Shown here one piece after another: positions 9,145-21,400 of a stretch of DNA of 34,282 nucleotides. Numbering within the stretch: position 1 is the first letter of the stretch; each line of letters begins with the position of its first letter. The notes under the pieces are model-generated. The model had not been told where the DNA came from, did not search any database, and saw only the letters and a list, made by a program, of their open reading frames with translations. The stretch covers positions 1-34,282 of the forward strand of contig JYFJ02004154.1 of assembly GCA_000934665.2 (NCBI GenBank), given 5' to 3'. The DNA is from Catajapyx aquilonaris. Lineage: Eukaryota. Both the position numbers and the translations under genes were made by a program.

Positions 9145-10781
9145 ATGGCCGAAGGAAGGGAAGCAAGCACCGCTGAAGGTACGATATACCAGCTGTGCTA
9201 TAGTAGGGGTGAGCTAACTTATGGGTTTTGGTGGGAGGTGGCTTGTGTCATTGGGAACCATAATTAGCCCCGCCCACTATACCGGTTGACCAATCAGAGG
9301 ATTCGATTTCAAAGGAGGTGGGCGTTATAACCTCAGGGATGAGATGAGTTTGTTTACACTTAGGCAGTTGGTAACCCAGCAGGTGGGAAATATTTCTCCA
9401 CTAATCGTTCTAAATTCCGTACAAAAAACTCAGCAGGGGGCGGGGCTAATTTGCCAGGGACACAAGCCACCTCCCAAAACCCATAAGTTAGCGTACCCCT
9501 ACTATAGCAATGGATAAATTTGCTGCGCTCTGTGGTACAAATAATTGCATACCACGACTGCTAACCACTGTTAAACGTGCTCACAGTGGAAGTAATCCAT
9601 TCCCTGACATGTTTCTTCAATTAAAATATTTCCATATGCTGTACTGGGCAGTATCAAACCAAGAGAAGGAATTGAGTGGAAAAAAAATTGGTTAAAATCA
9701 TAAGCATCAAAATGTCTGATCTTGTCGACTAGTCTCCAAGGCCACAATGCATCACGTCGGTGATCATGCAAAACCTCGTATATCTTCCATTGGTTTTTGC
9801 AGGAGATACGAGGTTTTGCATGATCACGACGACAGCTCTCTTTTTATAGCAGGGGTTAACTGCAGGTACTCCACTTACTAATACTACTACTTTATAGTAA
9901 TGCAAGCTTCTGTTACTAACATCTTGTCATCTGACGCTACCTTTGAGCATCATACAAAGGTGGCTGCCGCAGCTGCAGTCGACCCTCATAGGTATGTATG
10001 TCCATATGACACTTGAATTGCCAGTGACTCAGGGAGTGCCAAGTGCTTAGATTTTCTTCAAATTTGGTAGCTTAGTTTGCCTGCAGTAAAGTTATTTTTT
10101 GACCAATTTTGTGCATTTAATTTAAAGATTGACTACAGCATTACTTTCGTGCATGTAAAACCTTGCCTTGTGGTTACAGGACTGGGCCATGATGGATTGG
10201 TAGCGAAACTTGACTTTCTGTCGGATATGATCCCCAACATTGTCAAAAAGATGAAGATGGTGCACGGGCTGTACGTTTTGATGATAGAAGAAAACGAGCA
10301 CCTGAGAGCATGCATCAAGGACTTGCATGATGAGCTGCAGGAGTTAACGGATTTGTTAGACAGGCTGAAATTGGAGGCCCACGATCATCTGGGTGAATAC
10401 AACAAGCTGAGGATTCAAATCAATAAACTGATACAGCGGAAAATCAGGATGATGAAGGTACGAAACAGGTCGATGTATCACGGGACGCTGGATTGCACCG
10501 AAGACTTGGTGCATAGGAATAAGGAGCTGCTATCCAGGAAGGATGTGAGGATTGAAAAGGTCAATCGAGATTTGGCGGTGATCAAGAGAGCGGTGTTGGG
10601 AAGGACTAGGTCGGTCATGGTGATTCGGAGGATGATCACCGGGAAGGAAAAGGCAGTTGTCCATAACGAGGAGGTGATGAAAGATAACGTGGAAAAGGTG
10701 ATGGCGTACAAAACGGAGATGGAGCAACTCCTTAAGAAACTTAACGAGATCAGTCAGAGCAGCCCAGCCTTCACAGGATAA
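9145..10781 (+). CDS. Orphan coiled-coil protein, paralog C (candidate exons 9145-9178, 9850-9865, 9960-9991, terminal exon 10180-10781)
   Basis: Acceptor tggttacag|GA at 10180 is phase 1 in the 10077-10781 ORF. Upstream small exons with GT/AG join in frame (MAEGREASTAEAGVNCRWLPQLQSTLIGLGHDG...). An alternative ATG at 9131 is possible. The terminal exon encodes ~200 aa of heptad-rich sequence. Confidence 0.65.
9196..9509. mobile_element. MITE with long imperfect terminal inverted repeats
   Basis: TGCTATAGTAGGGGTGAGCTAACTTATGGGTTTTGG..GGAGGTGGCTTGTGTC pairs with GACACAAGCCACCTCCCAAAACCCATAAGTTAGCGTACCCCTACTATAGCA; the inner ATTAGCCCCGCCC pairs with GGGCGGGGCTAAT. Confidence 0.8.
9755..9831. 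repeat. Near-perfect ~77-nt hairpin (mini-foldback or pre-miRNA-like)
   Basis: CGTCG-GTGATCATGCAAAACCTCGTAT...loop...ATACGAGGTTTTGCATGATCAC-GACG. Confidence 0.7.
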
Positions 10782-11763
10782 GTCGGCTAATCTCGTCAAA
10801 CAGCCTTCGTGCATTTGAACTAAGTCATAACACCAGCTACCACAGAGATATTACGATCATACAGCTCTTATTTGTAGCCCTATAAAAATTGTGGTTGTTA
10901 TTGACAGTTTGCTAAAATTATTAATTTTAATTATGTTTGGAGAAACTGACTGATTCTTGCTGTATGAATTCAGGTGAATATATTCAGCTGTATTTTCACT
11001 TGAAGGCCATGTGCACTTGCCATTATTGTTGATGCATTTATCTGTAATGTATTCGAAATGTCTTTCTAGTCGAGCAATTGCTAGCTCATACATTTGTGCA
11101 AATAAGTTGAACATTTTCCGTTCGGAGTACTGTGCCATTGAGCTGTACGCAATGTCCAAAACTTGGCTGTGATTGACCAGCTGCATTTGTTCGAAACACT
11201 TCTTTGCAGTCCAATAAGAAATTTTAAATAGTTCCTATTGCTTTAAAGAGTGTTGGACCAAATATGCAATTAAAGGCTGTGGCTGTGACCTTTTTTTTAA
11301 AAATAAAAATTGTTTGTATCATTTTATTGAGGATATAGAGTAGTAATTGCGATTATGAGTTGTAACCATTTACGTCAAGTTTGTGATATGTTTTTAAGAC
11401 CAAATAAAGATCAACATGTCGATTTCCATTGGATAGTTTTTTTAATGATGTTTTGAGAATTTCTTTTTCCTAAGAAAAATCTTGACAATGTTTACAGCTT
11501 GCTTATTTGAACATGTGCCGTTAATTAGGAGCAGCATAATTATGTAGCTAGTGTCAAGAATGTCTATTATACTGTGTGTTTCATAATTTAGCTCCCATCT
11601 GCATCATTTTCATCGACATAAAGTGATGCAGAACTTTAATGTTGTTCGGAGAAGCGTTATAGAGAGCAAAAAAGACTAAAGGCTATTGACAGGCAAATGT
11701 ATGTAACTTTATTTTCACGTAAGGCTAATTAATTATACAAGTACGCAAATTTTGTGCTGCATC

Positions 11764-14700
11764 TTATCTTCCCTTCCTTCCCTTGGGCTTCCCCCCCGTC
11801 TTTGCCTTCTTTCCTTCCATTTTCGAGAGCATTCGGAAGACTCTCTTCTTCAGCTCCTTCCTCCTCTTCCACTGCTTCTCCTCGTTCTTTGCCAGCACTC
11901 TCTTGTGCTCCGCAGTCTTTTTCCTCGATGTCTCTCGCAGGTTAGCTTTCCTCTCCTTGTACGCAGTGTGGATCATCCTCATCATGTCCACAGCCTGTTC
12001 AAGAGACAGCACAAAATTAGCCTCAGCAAGCTAACATATTTACGCAATATTACAAGATTCGGCATTTACAAAACACTCGCATCATAAAATATGTGCTTTC
12101 AAACTACTACAGAACTAAACTGACCTTCTTTTCCTCTGGCTCCAAGACGACTGCCATTCTCTGATGTTCCAATGGCTTTGGCCCACCTTTTGCAACCAAC
12201 TTCGGCTTGTTCTTGTATGGAAGCTCCTTCTGAAGGGATCTGGGCACCACCAATGGTTTGAAAACCTTAGGTTTCCTCCGTATTTCCTGAAATGAGCATG
12301 ATTTCATTTAGAGTGAAGCGTCTTACCGCAAACGATCTATGAATGTTTGCTTACTCTGTACAGGCTGTCCTCGTCGGGCAGATTCTTGATGTTCTGCTCC
12401 CTCTTCAGCTGTCCCACTGTCTTCATCCCTTGCCACTGGTTCTTCTCCTCCAGTGGAAGCAGAAGGGAAGTGACTGGGTTGTAGTAATGTGGCACTTGGA
12501 TTTGGTACCAAGTTCGGCAAAACACAATATCTACAGAAGAAAAGACAAAACTTGATCTAGTATCGGTCCGACAATCGTTTCAGTACGTACTTACCGCTGA
12601 GAAGTATTTTATCCTCAAAAGTTGCCCGAAACGCTCCCTCAGGATTTTTCATGGCCCTCTTGACCTGCCCTCTGACCCCCGACACTGTCCTGATCTTTGC
12701 CCCCTCGAACTTGGCCACCTCTAGTTGCGAGGAAAACATGTCGCTAACAAATGCAGTCTTCTTGTAGATCTTGTACGGGTGGCCAACAAGCTTCAGCTTC
12801 TTGGTTATCTGCACAGATTTGTCCAGGTCCAGCACCGATCCGGTGGCTGCAATGCGGAAGTCAGCCTGCGGAAGCAAAGATTTCAGTCTCTTGATTTTGC
12901 TATATCGAAAATAATGCCAAGGTTTTTTTTCTGACCTGCGTGGAAGCGAGGCTCTGCACGGCTAATAACCCAGTCCCCTGAGGCGTGATTGGCCCCCAGA
13001 AATGAGCCATGCAATGCATGTGTTCAGGGGTATACTTGAGCAGACGGTTCCTTCCGTTGTGGTCTTGCACCGAATACAAGGGAATAGTCTGAAACCTCCG
13101 CCAACCCATGGATATTATCAGGGGATCACGTGTCTTTAAGATACGCTTGTGCCAACGATGCTTCTTTAGACGGACCTGAGAAGGAAAATTTAATAGTAAA
13201 CGCATTAATGCTACCAAGTGACATTTAAAAAAATAATGTAGCTAATAAAATTGCTGCAAAGCTTTCACTGTTACGCATATTCATAACTGATCTAATGCCG
13301 ATTGCACCACCCGAAAGGACTGATTCGATAGCTCGTAACAGATCGTTAGCAGATGTTAAAATGATCCATTAGGAGCAATCAGATCGGTAATTTCGGTTGG
13401 TGCAATCGGGCATAAGTGTAATAAGTAATTAATTTTCACTACTGAGGCAGCAATGTTAAACTGACCTGGATGTAACCTATGTTTTCCTCGCCATGCAAGA
13501 GTCCGCCACACAGCATAGGGTACGTAGGATCAAAGTTTTCAATGAGTTCGCATGGAACACGCTCGATCTCAATCCGAACGTACATCCCAGGGCGGTATCC
13601 CTCGTAGTGGACCCGAATTTCATCCTCCATGCCCTCGAACTCTCCGAGGTTGAGCTGGAAAAATTCATGTTAATGATCAAACTCTTGCGAATTATATCCT
13701 CGCTGAAAAGGTTTTCGGATCGAATGTCAAAATTCACCTTGGCCTGGGCGTCTACTTCTTGCTTGAGATCCGCATAAAAATTTTTCCCACCTTCCTGTTC
13801 ATCGTACTCCGCATTGAATAGAGCTTTGAGCCGCTTCTTCTTTTCCAGCTGCTTTTCGCGAGCAGTCAGCTTTGATTCGGGAGGTTTCGCCTCGTCTTTT
13901 TCGCCGTCCGGTGCGTCAGCTGTCAGAAAAAGCATGCTCTAATTGCATGCATACGAGCTAGAAAATCACTCACTCACCTTCTCCCTCTTCTTTCTCCTCC
14001 ACTTTTCCTTTCTTTTCTTTTTCACTGGGTTTCTCCTTGCCAATGTGAGTCTCTCCAGTCTCCAGATCCTCAAAGTCTCCATCTAGTTCGTCGTCGTCGT
14101 CGTCGTCTAATTTCAAAAGTTCCTCTGCATCTGCGGATTCTTTCCATTTGCCAGTCACAAAGCAATCTTTTATCAATTCTTGTGTCTGAAACAAGTTGAA
14201 TTAAAGCACAGTGAGATTAAAACAACTTTAAACCACAAGGAATAAAAATTAACCCTGGCGGGTCATTTCTATGGTTTGTATTGATCACTGCTTCCTACTA
14301 ATCCGTTACTGTTAAAAAACGTTTAACATTTAGACGCACCTCTTCACTCTCCCAGTCTTGCCGATGGGTCAGAACAAATCGAGAACAGTCAGATGCATTC
14401 ATTGTCGCTCTTTCTGTTTGCTGCCTTTCCTGCTCCTCCTGAACAACCTTGAACAGGCCTGCAACTTCTCCGTCACCTTCACTCTCGTCTTCATCTGATT
14501 CTACCCGCTTGGTACTGCCAACTGCAAAAATATGACAGTGAAAGCATGATATTGAATCGAGTTAACAGAAGCAGCTGTAAAATTACTTACGTTTCCCGTA
14601 AACCATCTTGACAATATTGGTTGTGGTTGCTTGTCTCTCGTAGAAAGCTGTCGATGCCTTCTTGGCCAAGTTTTCCTTCCATTTTAAGCCCGACTCGGCT

Positions 14701-17206
14701 CCGTTATTGGATTCCTCCTCGCTTTCCTCTTCATCACTTTCTTCCTGGCCACTGTCATTGCTGTCTTGCCCTTCACTCTCACTGTCATCATCTTCGCTCT
14801 CGGACAGTACATCCTTCTGTTCAGGCTTCGAGCAGGACATCTTTTCAAGCCTGGATAGAGTTAGGCTTATTTTTTCAGTGACTGACGATTTCTCTGTTGC
14901 TTTCAGCTCTTTCTTAGTAGGCTCCTGCTCCATTTCCTCTTCGCTCTCGCTGCTGTCTGACGCGCTCTGGTCTTTCGCATCATAAGGTTCGTCAACATCA
15001 GTCAACACAAGTTCATCTTCATCCTCTCCTAGGTAAGCTGCAATCGATACGTCAGGCTTCTTTGCCTTCCGTTCTGCTTGCGTAACTTTTTTGGCAGCGG
15101 CCAGCTCCATCTCAAGGTCATCATCGCTGTCGGCAAAAGCAAAGTCTTCGTCCTCCTGAAACAGAAATCGCAGTCATAAATTGCTCGAAATTCACCCACC
15201 TAAACACCAAGTTTTATTCTCTCATTGTTCTTTTTATAATCAATGTGAAGTTGTTTAGGATTTCAGACATGATAAATTTTAATCTTAAAAATTTGCACTG
15301 TTTCACTTGTACGAGGCCAATTCTTACCATTTTGAACTTTTTGGATGCCTTTGGAACATCAGGCGCAAGTTTCCTCTTCTTCTGAATGATTCCGCCGCCC
15401 CAGCCGCTCTGCTCTTCCTCCATTTCACTCTCAGCGTCCTGGTCACCTTCTTCGTCACCACTGGCGTTATCCTCGCCATTAATTTCTTCATCACCACTAC
15501 TTGCATCTTCGTCATCATCAGCATCAAACACAGCCTTCCTCCTCGTCCTTCCATTGTCATCCACAACCAGCTTTTCGGTGGGCATCTGCTTCATTTTGCT
15601 AGCAATTAAAAATCAAGTTGTAGGATCATCACAATTGCTTGCATCGACACTAACTTGAGGTTAAATTGGCCATACCTTTCTACATCCTCGGACGTAATTG
15701 GCTGCGAATGACTGAAAACCTGTAGCATACTTTTGGCAATCTTGCTGTCGACAGTTTCCACAGTGTCGATTATGTTGTCGGCCATTTCCTCTTCAATAGG
15801 CTTTTCTTGGTCCTGAAAAGTACGTAAATGCACACATGGTCGTAACAAAGTTAAAATATTGTTCTCTCCGCCCATTCCCACACCGTAAAGTAGCTAACCT
15901 GACGTTTATTGTGAGAGTGGCTCCCACCCAATTCGATGTAAACGGCATCCTTGTCGTACACAATCCCTCCAACCCCTGAAAACGGGGCGTAGATAACTCT
16001 CTCCTTATCCACCAGCGATCTCTTCTTCTTCCCTTGCGGAAGCGGACATGGATCAGGCAGGAAAGACACATCTGAAATCTTCAGATCTCCGCATCCTGAA
16101 AAGTATTTAAAAATTAGTACCAATAACTACAAATGTGCGAATGTGAACTAACCTGGGATATGCACACTCATGTTGTTCTTGAAGTGAATCCCTCTGACGT
16201 AACCGTACAGAGAAACATTCCTGTCACACTTTGGATTCTGTCGGATGTCTTCGGGCGATGTGAGGTCTTCAAATCGGTCGACTACGAAAATTACAATTAA
16301 ATATCGAACCTGCTATTGCGCTGCACACAACGAGTATTAATTTAACTTACCCAATACATATGGATGAGTGGTCCTCCACTGTACTGGCGGAAACTTCATG
16401 ACGGAGATGAATCTCCCCAAGTTGTGTGTCTCTTGCCTCAGATATTCGCCGTGGATCATTCCCGACAGATAGAACAGCTTGGCTCCCTGGTACACTTCAG
16501 TCCAGAACCTGTGCTTCAACCACTTTTTGGTCTGCTTCAGCAGCTTCTGCTTCTTAATCATGTCCAGATGTGTCAGCACACCCATTATCTTCGGAAACCC
16601 ATGCACCTGACATACATTCAGAAACTCAAACACTTCCATCTCGAATCCAAACGACGCATCGACAAGCAGGAGTACCAGATCCGCAACTTTGGCCAGATCT
16701 ATCATGCAGTTGATGTCATTGTTGCACTCGATAAAAGTGAGTCGCCTTTTCTTTCCGGACACGACGGTCACCGGTCCTTTAATGTTGGTCAGGTTCTGCC
16801 TCGTGAAGTTGCGTATAAGACACTGCATTAGGATGGACTTCCCAACTTTCGGGGGTCCCACGATAACAATGACGGCCGGTGGCGGCTCCAGAGGCGTCCT
16901 GTCCACTGTCGGAAGTCTGGTCCTCTTTGCTTTGATGTCCTGTGCCCTTCGGAACTGCCTCTCGGCCCTGACCACGGACTGAAAAGTGAAGGCCTTGGGA
17001 TTCCTCTCCCTTGCCGACTGAGGCTGTGCTTCAGGCTGGCCATCTTTGTTCTTAGCCTTCTTCTTCTCAGCTTTGCGACCTGAAAATTAAAATTTGTGGT
17101 AAACAGTACTCGTACACAATCTAACTACACTGCTCAGCACTTCACCTGCCGACTTCTTCCTATGCTTCTTGTTTTCCCGGATGAAATCCTTCTCGTCGTC
17201 AGGCAT
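11764..17206 (-). CDS. BMS1: Ribosome biogenesis GTPase BMS1; 16 coding exons (17206-17146, 17079-16351, 16281-16153, 16095-15899, 15812-15676, 15598-15328, 15155-14591, 14521-14340, 14185-13978, 13919-13738, 13654-13466, 13175-12936, 12865-12595, 12530-12355, 12286-12125, 11994-11764)
   Basis: [21 protein letters not shown]-loop [45 protein letters not shown], acidic middle region, [62 protein letters not shown]. Introns are canonical; minus-strand AATAAA at ~11708-11713. Confidence 0.97.
13296..13412. mobile_element. PIF/Harbinger (Tourist-like) MITE in a BMS1 intron
   Basis: TIR TGCCGATTGCACCACCCGAAA / TTTCGGTTGGTGCAATCGGGCA, flanked by TAA at 13293-13295 and 13413-13415 (3-bp TSD). Confidence 0.8.
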
Positions 17207-18113
17207 ATCTGCGATGTACTAAATCACCAGTCCCTGCAACAACCAAATGAGAAGTTACTTCTCACGTTCAATACACACTTTTTTTTTTCATGCTGTTAAC
17301 CATACTTGAATTCATGCGCCTTAACCTTCCAACGGCAAAGGAGCACAGTTCATGACCTTTTTTTTAGACAACGGCTCATGTAACTTCTGATCACGATGCA
17401 AAACCAAGGAAGTGTTTCACTTTCTCTGCATTAAGCAGCCCTATTAATATCCACTAAAAAAACAGGACCCTTTCACATCTAGGTCAACGTACCGGACGAG
17501 GTAACATTCTAAGCGAAATGCAGGGACATGACATAATGTGACAGTCTGGCTAAGCACACTTGTCGAACGGCACCCAAGGTGAGGTTGTAAACCAGCACAT
17601 AAAAAGAGGTAACAACCCTGCAAATGCAATTGCTGTGTAAAAAAAAAATTTGGTGTCGAAACCTCATTTTTGCAGTAAACCAATTCGGGCTAATTGCCTT
17701 TTGAAGCAATTGGCAGAGCAGGCCACGAAGCCTTAATGAAAGGAGATGGAAGGGGGGAGATCGTTGCGCCCTGATGAAAACCAAGCCCCCGTCCGTCATA
17801 CCCATTCAATTAGGTGCGCTAATTACTTTTCACAGCATGAAGTGAGATAAAAGGGAGGGTATTTGAATACAAGTAATTGCTTCTGTACTGTCTCATAATT
17901 AACCTTCACTGGGAACAGGCAATCAATCAGAAATTGCCTCTCGGGGTCCCGTTTGAACAATGACGCTGCAATTCCAGCAGTCATTGGCCTGTCGTTTTCA
18001 CCAGCCGTCAACAATCAACTGTGAACTGCAGCCAGTTCTCCGACAGTCAGCCAAAACATTGTTGCATTGCATTAATTGTTGCCCAACACTTTAAATTATA
18101 TTAGAGCTCTATT

Positions 18114-18243
18114 CAGTTGAATCCGGATATAACAGCCTTTGGCTATAAGAGACTAGAAAGGCCGGCCCCGGCAAACTTCAATATGTGGCTTGTGTATTCG
18201 GCTATAACAGATCGATTTCCGCGGTCCCTTCCGTATTCAACTG
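18114..18243. mobile_element. Degenerate Tc1/pogo-type MITE related to 1500-1673
   Basis: CAGTTGAATCCGGA ... TCCGTATTCAACTG termini with internal GGCTATAACAG repeats. Confidence 0.6.
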
Positions 18244-18461
18244 TGCTTGTAAAAGGCAAATTTTGTTTGTTTGTCCAGATTTGGTTCCCACAGCATAGTA
18301 AATATGTAATTAACATTAAAGTTAACTTTAATTTAAATAATTCACTATGCCATTGCTGTGAGAAAAACAAAAGAAAACAAATTGCTTCCTGTTAGTAGCG
18401 TAAAATAACAATACACTGCAAATACACTAGTAACAAAAATTTAAAAAAAAATTAAATTATA

Positions 18462-18848
18462 GATGGTGTCTATAATTTAAACAAATTAAAATTTCATTTA
18501 ATTTCAATTATTTTATTTTGATAAATTTAAATTCAATGATATTAGCTTTCAATTGAAGTCGAATTAATTATAAAGGAATAAAATGTCATTTAATTAAAAT
18601 TATTAAAATTAATGAGAAAGCAATTTCATTAGATTGAAATTAAATTAATGGGAAATAAATTGAAATTAAATTAATGGGAAATAAATTGAGATTAAATTAA
18701 TTGAAATTAAATTGAAATTAAATTAATGGGAAATAAATTGAGATTAAATTAATTGAAATTAAATTGAAATTAAATTCGTTCTAAATTAATTGAAAATAAA
18801 TTATTAATAATAAATAAATTGCAATTAAATTAAATTGTAGACACCGTA
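18462..18848. repeat. AT-rich foldback-like element with internal tandem repeats
   Basis: GGTGTCTATAATTTAA pairs with TTAAATTGTAGACACC, enclosing repeats of GAAATTAAATTAATGGGAAATAAATT. Confidence 0.6.
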
Positions 18849-19386
18849 TTTATTTTCGTTATATGTCACTGCAGTATTTTTACAGCATTGTTATTTTTAA
18901 TAATCATACTGCAGTAACTGAATTATAGTTATTAGCTAACTATAAACAGGAACCTTCACCTAAATATAAGTTGCGCTTTTAATGTACTGCCAATTAATTC
19001 CAACAGCCCAAGGACTAATGAAATGGGCAGTCTTCAAATCACGCAATTTCGCGGAAAACAAAACTTTCTAATTAATATTAAGAAGAATAAAGAAGAAGAA
19101 AAAAAGGTTTTTTCCACTGAAAACGAGCCGATCTGATTCCTGCAACGCCAAGTTCCGGACACGCAGGCAGTTCTCCAAAGGGTCAGTTTTGCTGGTTGGG
19201 GGTTCGCCTTTTAAAACGTATGACCCCCTTTTTGTTTTGTTTTTTAAATCTCTTCCGCAAAAAATTTTGTGTGCACATCATGTATACGTGCGCGTCGACG
19301 TGACATCCCTCCCTAATATTTTGCTAATCTCCATTTATGACTCCGTATGTCTCCTGCCCATTCGGGACAAATGTAGGACACACACA

Positions 19387-19966
19387 CAGGGTGGTACACT
19401 GCCCAATTCAAGTGAAGAAAGGTTGTCCACTCCAGCAACCAGCATAACAAAGTGGCAACAACCACTGCATACATGCCAGTTGCTGGGGCGAACAATCCGC
19501 ACATTTTCTCCTTAAAAAGGCTCTGTTCAGCCGACGATAATGTGGCACAATAAATAAATACCGGTACGTAAATAAATAAGAGTGGATAACAACACTTGCC
19601 CTCAGAAAAATTGGTGCATAAAAATTCGCGAAATGTTTTGTCACCCCGGAAAAACAGCTTCCAAAAATGGCAACTAACGATAATGTGACGCAATAAATAA
19701 GTAAAGGTGTGTCAAACACGTACGGAAAAATTCGTGCATAATATCGCGAAATGTTTTTTTTTTGTCACATCGGTCGGAAATTAGTGTTCAAACTTTATTA
19801 ACATGTAAGTTCTTTTTTTTCTTTTCTTCCTTTTTTTTTTTTGCAATATCTTAAAATTACGTGTCCCAGAAAATATTTTGCGAGATTTTTTTTAAAAGTC
19901 ATCAGAGTCGCATAATCACCGGAGAAAATTTCTGATCACCCGAGCCATGAGTAGTGCACCACCCTG
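19387..19966. mobile_element. Non-autonomous DNA transposon remnant
   Basis: CAGGGTGGTACACT pairs with AGTGCACCACCCTG; internal duplicated GAAAAATT(G/C)GTGCATAA..TCGCGAAATGTTTT. No clear TSD. Confidence 0.5.
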
Positions 19967-20689
19967 TGTTATGTTGATCATCTCACTTGAAGCACTCAAT
20001 TCATGCGAAACAAAAAAAGAGTCCCTTCACTTATTACAAGCCGACCTCTCTTCTCCGCCACAGGCAACAAAAAAAAAGTGACGCTATTTCCGGTTCATCG
20101 ATCCTTTTTGAATGCGGAAAAAAAAGTATCACATGCTGAGAGACGGTATTGCGGTTAAACGAAACAATGCTATTGTCACTCTCCTTAGCTTTTTTGTTTG
20201 AGAGGTGAATAAATTGCCCTTGCAACCTTTTCACAGCGGATTGTTTCGGGGTCTTTAAAAAATAAAACAAATGAGGATATGAGGTAATTTGCTTCCAAGA
20301 AATCGACTGCAAGGACATTGAGTTTACCGGTACTGTACTTGTTACATACCTTCTAATGTCCAGGTAATTCGAGTATTTAACTTATTGCTGTAATAATGAC
20401 GTTACCGCGTTATCATGAGCAAGGTTTGCTCTCTATGTGTGTAAATAACAATAAATAATTGCAATAAATGAAGTGTCAAATAATGTTGTAAGTGATTATT
20501 GTACCCCATGGTCACTTACAACATTTTTCGGGGCGACCCTTCAAATAAGCATAATTCAAATCATATCAATAGTGAAATAAGTACAGATACTTAATGAACA
20601 AATTTAATTAATTATTTATTTATTTATGATGTAACCCCTTGCGAGGGCACAACCCTTTTTGGGGGACAACAAATATAATTACATGAATA

Positions 20690-21400
20690 TAACTAATTAA
20701 ATGAATACAATTACTATAATTAATTACATGAATATAACTAATTAAATGAATATAATTGCTATAATTAATTAAATGGATATAATTACTATAATTAATTACA
20801 TGAATATAATTGCTATATGGTAATTAATTAAATGAATATAATTACTATAATTAATTACATGAATATAATTACTATAATTAATTACATGAATATAATTACT
20901 ATAATTAATTACATGAATAATTGCTATATGGTAATTAATTAAATGAATATAATTGCTATATGGTAATTAATTAAATGAATATAAGTTTAATTACATACAG
21001 CTAAATAAATGCTTTATTTAATATAATTAATACAATTGACTAATATAATATTATTATTATTATATATTAGTCAATTAATGGTATTATATATTAAGACAGC
21101 ATTTATTTGTATGTAATTATTACATACAATTAAATAAATGCTCTATGAATATAATACCATTAATTGAATAATCTATGAATAATCTATTACTATAATTAAT
21201 CGAATAATCTATGAATAATCTATTACTATAATTAATCGAATAATCTATGAATAATCTATTACTATAATTAATCGAATAATCTATGAATAATCTATTACTA
21301 TAATTAATTGAATAATCTATTACTATAATTAATTGAATAATCTATTACTATAATTAATGGAATAATATATTACTATAATTAATGGAATAATCTATTAGAA
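20690..21400. repeat. AT-rich minisatellite arrays around a central palindrome
   Basis: Repeats of TATAATTAATTACATGAATATAATTAC and GAATAATCTATGAATAATCTATTACTATAATTAATC; central inverted repeat at ~20989-21118. Confidence 0.8.

Noticed and set aside
20690..21400. CRISPR-like repeat array
   Set aside because: Contiguous AT-rich tandem units without unique spacers, in a eukaryotic context.
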